64,000 nt of DNA, taken from the NCBI GenBank assembly GCA_022360445.1, contig JAKSCV010000012.1, positions 1,364-65,363 of the forward strand. Reading direction: 5' to 3'. Of this stretch, positions 58,798 to 64,000 are shown in pieces (the first letter of the stretch is position 1; every line of letters starts with the position of its first letter). The position numbers and the translations under genes were made by a program. This DNA comes from Gammaproteobacteria bacterium (GTDB lineage Bacteria > Pseudomonadota > Gammaproteobacteria > UBA5861). The notes under the pieces were generated by a model that saw only the letters and a program-made list of their open reading frames with translations, did no database searches and was not told the DNA's origin.

Positions 58798-60063
58798 TTA
58801 GCTTTCTACTTCGTGAACGATTCGCCACTTTCCGTCCTGTTCCAATTGCCAATAAAGCTGCTTGTCACTGAGCCTGGAACCCTTTTTGGGGTAGTTGTTA
58901 CTTTGGTACTCTTGCACAAAACGCGTCATGAACAGGTTGCGCTCACCCGGGTAGAGGAAAATATCCAGCTCGGAAATGTCGACTTGAATATAGGTTTTTA
59001 CCTCAGCAATGTGGCGCTTGTATTGCGCCCAAAAAGCATACCCCCGGGCTCGTCGGCGGTAGTTACTGGAATAGTGCTGGAGGTGTAGATCAACGTTGAG
59101 GCTTTCCCAATCATCCTCCCATGTTGTCAGAATGTTTTTGATATTTTGTTGTTGCAGAGCCCAGTCCTGCTGCGATAACCAGTTGATTTTTTCAGTTAAA
59201 ATCAGAGGTGTTTCTCCGATTGTGATGAAGCGTTTGAGTTTTTCAAAAGAATCATTGCTGATCGTGATGCAGCCACGACTGTCTCTTGGTGGCCGGCTAT
59301 ATTTTTGACTAGGGTTGCCGTGAAGCCAGATTCCGTACCCCGTTTTTTGATTGTATTTATCCCAGGCATTGGGATAATTGATCGGGAAAGCGCCTTTTCC
59401 GTAAAGGTCAGGAAGTTGGTTCCCATCCAGAAATTCGTGGATGGTATACACCCCGAGCGGCGTTTTGTTGTCGTTAATGCGCGCCTTGCCAAAACCCGCT
59501 TTACCCAGTGTGATGTAGTGATCTCCAATGATGCTGGGCAGGGCTTGTCGGTTATCGATGAGGTAGAGCCTGGCGAGCGTCAAATCAACAATCAGTGCGT
59601 AGGGGTGCTTTTTACTTAATGACACAATACTGGCAGGGATTTTACCTTCTGTTAGAACGTGACGAGCCTGGTACCGCTTTTGAGCTTCCCGGTGCAGAGG
59701 TGTGATCAGACTGTTTTTTTCGGAACTATGGTGTGGTGTTATTTGGCCAAGCGTGGCAAGAGCTTCTGCATAGGCCATATGAGCGAGCTGAAAGTAGGGC
59801 CGGCTCTGAACAAGCTGCTCCAGCGCTGATAGCGCGCTATTGATGTCTCCAGCATGAAAGTGATCAACCGCCTGGATAAGCTGAACTTCCTCTCGCTCAT
59901 GGAATTGCTTTTGAAAGGCTGTTTCTGCGTTTGTTATTTGAAAAGCCGACAGTGTTGCAAGCAGCAGTAAAACAGTGGGGCTTGGAAAACTCCAGAGGCG
60001 ATAAGGTGTCGATAAGTTCAGTGTGAGTTTTTTACTCCGGTAGTTTGTTTTCTCGGATAACAC
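58798..60063 (-). CDS. L,D-transpeptidase (YkuD-domain) family protein with N-terminal TPR-like and C-terminal small domains
   Basis: YkuD active-site block GIWLHGNPSQKYSRPPRDSRGCITISN, with hydrophobic signal TVLLLLATLSAFQITNA. The start is uncertain. The ORF-track maximum is TTG 60138. In-frame GTG 60063 is the start codon closest to the signal sequence. Either choice overlaps the upstream gene. Confidence 0.8.
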   Translation of the reverse strand: MLSEKTNYRSKKLTLNLSTPYRLWSFPSPTVLLLLATLSAFQITNAETAFQKQFHEREEVQLIQAVDHFHAGDINSALSALEQLVQSRPYFQLAHMAYAEALATLGQITPHHSSEKNSLITPLHREAQKRYQARHVLTEGKIPASIVSLSKKHPYALIVDLTLARLYLIDNRQALPSIIGDHYITLGKAGFGKARINDNKTPLGVYTIHEFLDGNQLPDLYGKGAFPINYPNAWDKYNQKTGYGIWLHGNPSQKYSRPPRDSRGCITISNDSFEKLKRFITIGETPLILTEKINWLSQQDWALQQQNIKNILTTWEDDWESLNVDLHLQHYSSNYRRRARGYAFWAQYKRHIAEVKTYIQVDISELDIFLYPGERNLFMTRFVQEYQSNNYPKKGSRLSDKQLYWQLEQDGKWRIVHEVES

Positions 60064-60721
60064 GCCAGTATTCGCCGTTTTTTTCAAGAATAATCTGCAC
60101 CCCGTCCCTGACAGGTCCTCTACTTGAAATAGTAACAAGAGCTACGGTTTCCGTCAGCTGATCAATCTCAAACAACAAAGGTTGACTGGCCCCCAGGATT
60201 GTCAATGGTGGGTCCCCCCGGAATGGGATGTCAAAAGAGGGCCCCTCGCGTTGCACCAACGTTTGCCAGGCTTTGAGCTGCAATTGAATGTTTTCAAGAC
60301 GATTTTGTTCATCGCTAGCCGCATTGCTCAGAGTCACCAGCTTGCCCAAATGGTCACTTTGTGGCGCTATTAACGACAGAACAGAGGCATAGGTTTGGCG
60401 CGATTTGTGAATATACAAGTTTTGTAGATTACTGTGGATCGCATAATAGAGGTGACTGGATGTCAGTGCCAGTTCTAGTAGGTCAATGGCGGCGTCCAGG
60501 TCTCCTGCCCGGGCGAGCGCAATAGCTTTGTTATTCATCTGGGTCAAATATGTTGCGTTTAGATTCACAGGTTTGGGGCGCGCCAGCGATACCGGTGGTG
60601 TTACCGTCGTGAAGGCTGAAATAGTCGAGGGATCAGCGATAGCCCTGTGAGCCGCGAATATGAGGCAAAGGCCTGCTACAAATTGAAGTGGTTTGTGGTA
60701 TGTGCCCATGGGAAAGGTCAT
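60032..60721 (-). CDS. Secreted hypothetical protein resembling the non-catalytic ends of the adjacent L,D-transpeptidase
   Basis: 229 aa with signal-like KPLQFVAGLCLIFAAHRAIA. No catalytic motif was recognised. Confidence 0.6.
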   Translation of the reverse strand: MTFPMGTYHKPLQFVAGLCLIFAAHRAIADPSTISAFTTVTPPVSLARPKPVNLNATYLTQMNNKAIALARAGDLDAAIDLLELALTSSHLYYAIHSNLQNLYIHKSRQTYASVLSLIAPQSDHLGKLVTLSNAASDEQNRLENIQLQLKAWQTLVQREGPSFDIPFRGDPPLTILGASQPLLFEIDQLTETVALVTISSRGPVRDGVQIILEKNGEYWRVIRENKLPE

Positions 60722-60989
60722 TTAAAGTAACGACGTATCTGGAATAAGCAAACGCTAGGCTTGCTCCTTATGGTTATGAGTGTATGTCAATAGACAGCCG
60801 ACGTATAGGTGCAGTAACATTACTGAAATGTTTTGAAGTCGAGGATTTGTTATTCAAATTTTGAGTCTTTATAAGGTTTAAAAACTCACCTTTAAATTTA
60901 GAGAACAACTTGAAGGTTAATTGTCAGTTTTATGGTGATTCAACTCTTTAAGCATAAGGACATACAAGCTATTCAAAGTGAACATGTAG

Positions 60990-61020
60990 AACGGGAAACC
61001 AGCTGTTTCCCGTTTTCTTT
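60990..61020 (+). promoter_or_regulatory. Terminator-like hairpin plus T-run in the carA leader; candidate transcription attenuator
   Basis: AACGGGAAAC-CAGC-TGTTTCCCGTT followed by TTCTTT. It ends about 19 nt before the carA start, and the RBS GGGAGA at 61025-61030 lies just downstream of it. Confidence 0.5.
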
Positions 61021-61038
61021 GCGCGGGAGAAATGAAAG

Positions 61039-62187
61039 TTGGTAAAACCGGCTTTATTAGCACTGGCTGATGGCAGTGTATTTCATGGTGAATCAATTGG
61101 TGCTGAGGGTAAATCGATTGGTGAGGTTGTTTTTAACACATCAATGTCAGGGTATCAGGAAATCCTGACAGACCCTTCTTACGCTCGGCAAATCGTAACG
61201 CTAACTTACCCTCATATCGGGAATGTCGGCAGCAATAGTGATGATGAAGAATCGAGGCAGGTCTTCTGTGAAGGCTTGGTCATACGCGATTTGTCGTTGG
61301 TCGCAAGTAACTTCCGAAGTCAAGTTAGCCTTCCCGACTACTTGAAGGAAAACAATGTTTTGGCAATTGCTGGCATAGACACCCGTCGGCTCACTCGTCT
61401 ATTGAGAGAAAAAGGCGCCCAAAATGGTTGCCTGGTCGCTGGCGATAGCCTTGACGAAGCTTTAGCGCTTGCTGAAGCAAAAGCGTTTCCTGGCCTGAAA
61501 GGTATGGATCTGGCTAAAACGGTGAGCACAACAGAAGCTTATATGTGGACCCAAGGCTGCTGGCACCTAGAGTCTGGTCAATCTGATCCTCAACCTGTGC
61601 AAAACTTGCCCCTGCATGTCGTTGCCTATGACTTTGGAGTAAAAAAGAATATTCTCCGCATTCTGGTTGATAAAGGCTGTCGGATCACCGTTGTCCCGGC
61701 GACAACCCCTGCTGTTGATGTACTCGCTTTAAACCCAGATGGTATTTTCCTCTCAAATGGTCCGGGCGATCCTGAGCCCTGTGATTATGCGATTCAGGCC
61801 ATTCAAACACTGTTGGAATCAGATGTACCCGTTTTTGGGATTTGCTTGGGGCACCAATTATTGTCGCTCGCATGTGGTGCGAAGACTAAGAAAATGAAAT
61901 TTGGGCATCATGGGGCTAATCATCCAGTACAGGATCTCGTCTCTAAAAACGTCATGATTACCAGCCAGAATCATGGATTTGTTGTTGATGAAACCACTCT
62001 TCCAGACAACTTGGTGGCTACCCACCGTTCTTTATTTGATGGCACTTTGCAAGGTGTGATTCGCACAGATCGACCAGCCTTGAGCTTCCAAGGCCACCCC
62101 GAAGCCAGCCCGGGTCCACAGGACATTATTTGCCTATTCGACGATTTTATAGACATGATGAATAAGCGAGCGAGTGAGCATGCCTAA
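61039..62187 (+). CDS. carA: Carbamoyl-phosphate synthase small (glutaminase) subunit
   Basis: 382 aa from a TTG start. Contains [27 protein letters not shown] (catalytic Cys) and FQGHPE. Confidence 0.95.
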   Translation: MVKPALLALADGSVFHGESIGAEGKSIGEVVFNTSMSGYQEILTDPSYARQIVTLTYPHIGNVGSNSDDEESRQVFCEGLVIRDLSLVASNFRSQVSLPDYLKENNVLAIAGIDTRRLTRLLREKGAQNGCLVAGDSLDEALALAEAKAFPGLKGMDLAKTVSTTEAYMWTQGCWHLESGQSDPQPVQNLPLHVVAYDFGVKKNILRILVDKGCRITVVPATTPAVDVLALNPDGIFLSNGPGDPEPCDYAIQAIQTLLESDVPVFGICLGHQLLSLACGAKTKKMKFGHHGANHPVQDLVSKNVMITSQNHGFVVDETTLPDNLVATHRSLFDGTLQGVIRTDRPALSFQGHPEASPGPQDIICLFDDFIDMMNKRASEHA

Positions 62188-64000
62188 AAGAAGTGATATC
62201 AAAAGTATTTTATTGATTGGGGCTGGCCCGATTGTCATTGGCCAGGCCTGCGAGTTCGACTATTCCGGGGCGCAAGCCTGTAAAGCGCTTAAAGAAGAAG
62301 GTTATCGCGTCATTTTGGTGAACTCCAATCCGGCAACGATCATGACAGACCCGGAGATGGCTGATGCGATTTATATCGAACCCATCAATTGGCGAGTGGT
62401 CGCGAAAATTATTGAAACTGAAAGGCCCGATGCTGTATTGCCAACCATGGGTGGGCAGACGGCACTCAATTGTGCACTGGATCTAGAGAGAGAAGGTGTT
62501 CTGGAAGCGTTCGGCGTTGAAATGATTGGTGCAACGCGGGATGCCATCGACATGGCTGAGGATCGGGATAAATTTCGCAAAGCCATGGGTGAAATTGGCT
62601 TGGCGACACCGAGAGCATTCATCGCCCACAGTATGGAAGAAGCCCGCCAAGGGCAGGCTCAGATCGGTTACCCCTGCATCATACGACCTTCTTTTACGAT
62701 GGGAGGCAGTGGCGGCGGCATCGCATATAATCACGAAGAATTTGAAGCAATCATCAAGCGGGGATTAGACCTTTCACCCACCAACGAAGTACTTCTGGAA
62801 GAGTCTGTCTTGGGATGGAAAGAGTATGAAATGGAGGTTGTCCGTGATTGCAAAGACAACTGCATTATTATCTGTTCAATTGAAAACCTGGACCCGATGG
62901 GTGTGCACACAGGTGACTCGATTACCGTTGCGCCTGCGCAGACACTGACAGATAAAGAATATCAAATCATGCGCAACGCATCACTAGCGGTTTTGCGCAA
63001 GATTGGTGTTGATACGGGTGGTTCAAACGTTCAGTTTGCGATCAACCCGGAAACAGGCGCCATGATCATCATTGAGATGAACCCAAGGGTATCGCGTTCC
63101 TCTGCGCTGGCTTCCAAAGCCACGGGTTTTCCCATTGCCAAAATCGCAGCTAAGTTGGCCGTGGGTTATACTTTGGACGAACTGAAAAACGATATTACTG
63201 GCGGTGCGACGCCGGCTTCTTTTGAGCCTGCGATTGACTACGTTGTCACTAAAATCCCTAGATTCACGTTTGAAAAGTTTCCCAGGGCAAACGCCAAACT
63301 AACGACTCAGATGAAATCGGTTGGTGAAGTCATGGCCATCGGCCGGACTTTTCAAGAGTCATTACAAAAAGCCATTCGAGGCCTGGAAATTGGGTCGGAC
63401 GGTTTACATGAAATACTCCCGAAAGGTTTAAGTGCAGAAGAGCAAGAAAAACGGTTACGTGAGGAGCTTAAAGAGCCAGGTGACCAACGCTTATGGTACG
63501 TTGCAGATGCTTTTCGCCAAGGCGATAGCGTGGAAGACTTGTTCCAAACCACGTCAATCGATCCGTGGTTTTTATCGCAAATTGAAGACTTGATCCAAGA
63601 AGAAAAGCGGCTGGAAAGGCGGACGCTGGATCAATTGTCACAGGAAAATTTGCGGCGGCTTAAACGTAAGGGTTTTTCAGACAGCCGGCTGGCTACGTTG
63701 CTGGACGCCACTGAAACCTCTGTCCGTGCGTATCGCTTGGCTTTAGACGTACGGCCTGTTTATAAGCGGGTTGACACATGTGCGGCTGAGTTTTCTACCA
63801 GCACGGCATACATGTACTCAACTTATGAGGAAGAGTGCGAGGCCGAACCCACCGAGCGAGAAAAAATCATGGTGTTGGGCGGTGGACCCAACCGTATTGG
63901 ACAAGGCATAGAGTTTGATTACTGCTGTGTTCATGCCGCAATCGCTATGCGTGAAGAGGGTTATGAAACCATTATGGTGAACTGTAACCCCGAAACGGTC
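62180..64000 (+). CDS. carB: Carbamoyl-phosphate synthase large subunit, 5'-partial (continues past the window end)
   Basis: Absent from the ORF track because no stop lies in the window. From ATG 62180 it reads [68 protein letters not shown], nearly identical to the E. coli CarB N-terminus. It overlaps carA by 8 nt. Confidence 0.95.
   Translation, partial: MPKRSDIKSILLIGAGPIVIGQACEFDYSGAQACKALKEEGYRVILVNSNPATIMTDPEMADAIYIEPINWRVVAKIIETERPDAVLPTMGGQTALNCALDLEREGVLEAFGVEMIGATRDAIDMAEDRDKFRKAMGEIGLATPRAFIAHSMEEARQGQAQIGYPCIIRPSFTMGGSGGGIAYNHEEFEAIIKRGLDLSPTNEVLLEESVLGWKEYEMEVVRDCKDNCIIICSIENLDPMGVHTGDSITVAPAQTLTDKEYQIMRNASLAVLRKIGVDTGGSNVQFAINPETGAMIIIEMNPRVSRSSALASKATGFPIAKIAAKLAVGYTLDELKNDITGGATPASFEPAIDYVVTKIPRFTFEKFPRANAKLTTQMKSVGEVMAIGRTFQESLQKAIRGLEIGSDGLHEILPKGLSAEEQEKRLREELKEPGDQRLWYVADAFRQGDSVEDLFQTTSIDPWFLSQIEDLIQEEKRLERRTLDQLSQENLRRLKRKGFSDSRLATLLDATETSVRAYRLALDVRPVYKRVDTCAAEFSTSTAYMYSTYEEECEAEPTEREKIMVLGGGPNRIGQGIEFDYCCVHAAIAMREEGYETIMVNCNPETV

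Noticed and set aside
1-64000. Whole-window scan for CRISPR arrays, IS elements and transposases, integrases, prophage genes, toxin-antitoxin pairs and known defence systems
   Set aside because: None was recognised. Intergenic regions carry no arrays of direct repeats, and no ORF shows transposase, integrase or defence-domain motifs.

Overview
This 64-kb window looks like a chromosomal segment of a marine-type gammaproteobacterium. That call rests on gene content and synteny; no species is claimed. I support about 55 protein-coding genes.

I found no rRNA, tRNA, CRISPR array, transposase, integrase or recognisable phage-defence gene.

Core blocks:
- rimP-nusA-infB-rbfA-truB-rpsO-pnp (17.1-25.6 kb)
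- tadA, an SPFH/NfeD pair, yjbQ and cysM
- an AapJQMP-type general amino-acid ABC transporter
- avtA, dgkA, yjgA and folE
- carA plus the 5' part of carB, at the right edge

Accessory or metabolic blocks:
- A 2200-aa DUF11/SdrD-B-repeat surface protein. It is translationally coupled to an OmpA-domain gene that runs off the left edge. The supplied ORF track lacks this gene, and also lacks carB, because neither has a stop codon inside the window.
- An acyl-CoA dehydrogenase / SDR / DUF35 / thiolase module, divergent from an aldehyde dehydrogenase plus AlkJ-like GMC alcohol dehydrogenase pair.
- A Liv/HAAT-type ABC transporter operon with an acyl-CoA ligase embedded in it.
- phnDCE followed by a SAM methyltransferase.

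The best candidate for an undescribed system is a tightly packed minus-strand gene string at 51.7-58.1 kb. It reads AMACR-like CoA-transferase, patatin, DUF169, GT2 glycosyltransferase, MTAN/PNP-like nucleosidase, SPL-type radical SAM, then SDR. Three of its junctions overlap. Its first gene carries an in-frame TGA nine codons after a well-placed RBS and ATG.

All calls come from reading the translations and sequence by eye. No searches, folding or statistics were run. Start codons are the least certain coordinates.
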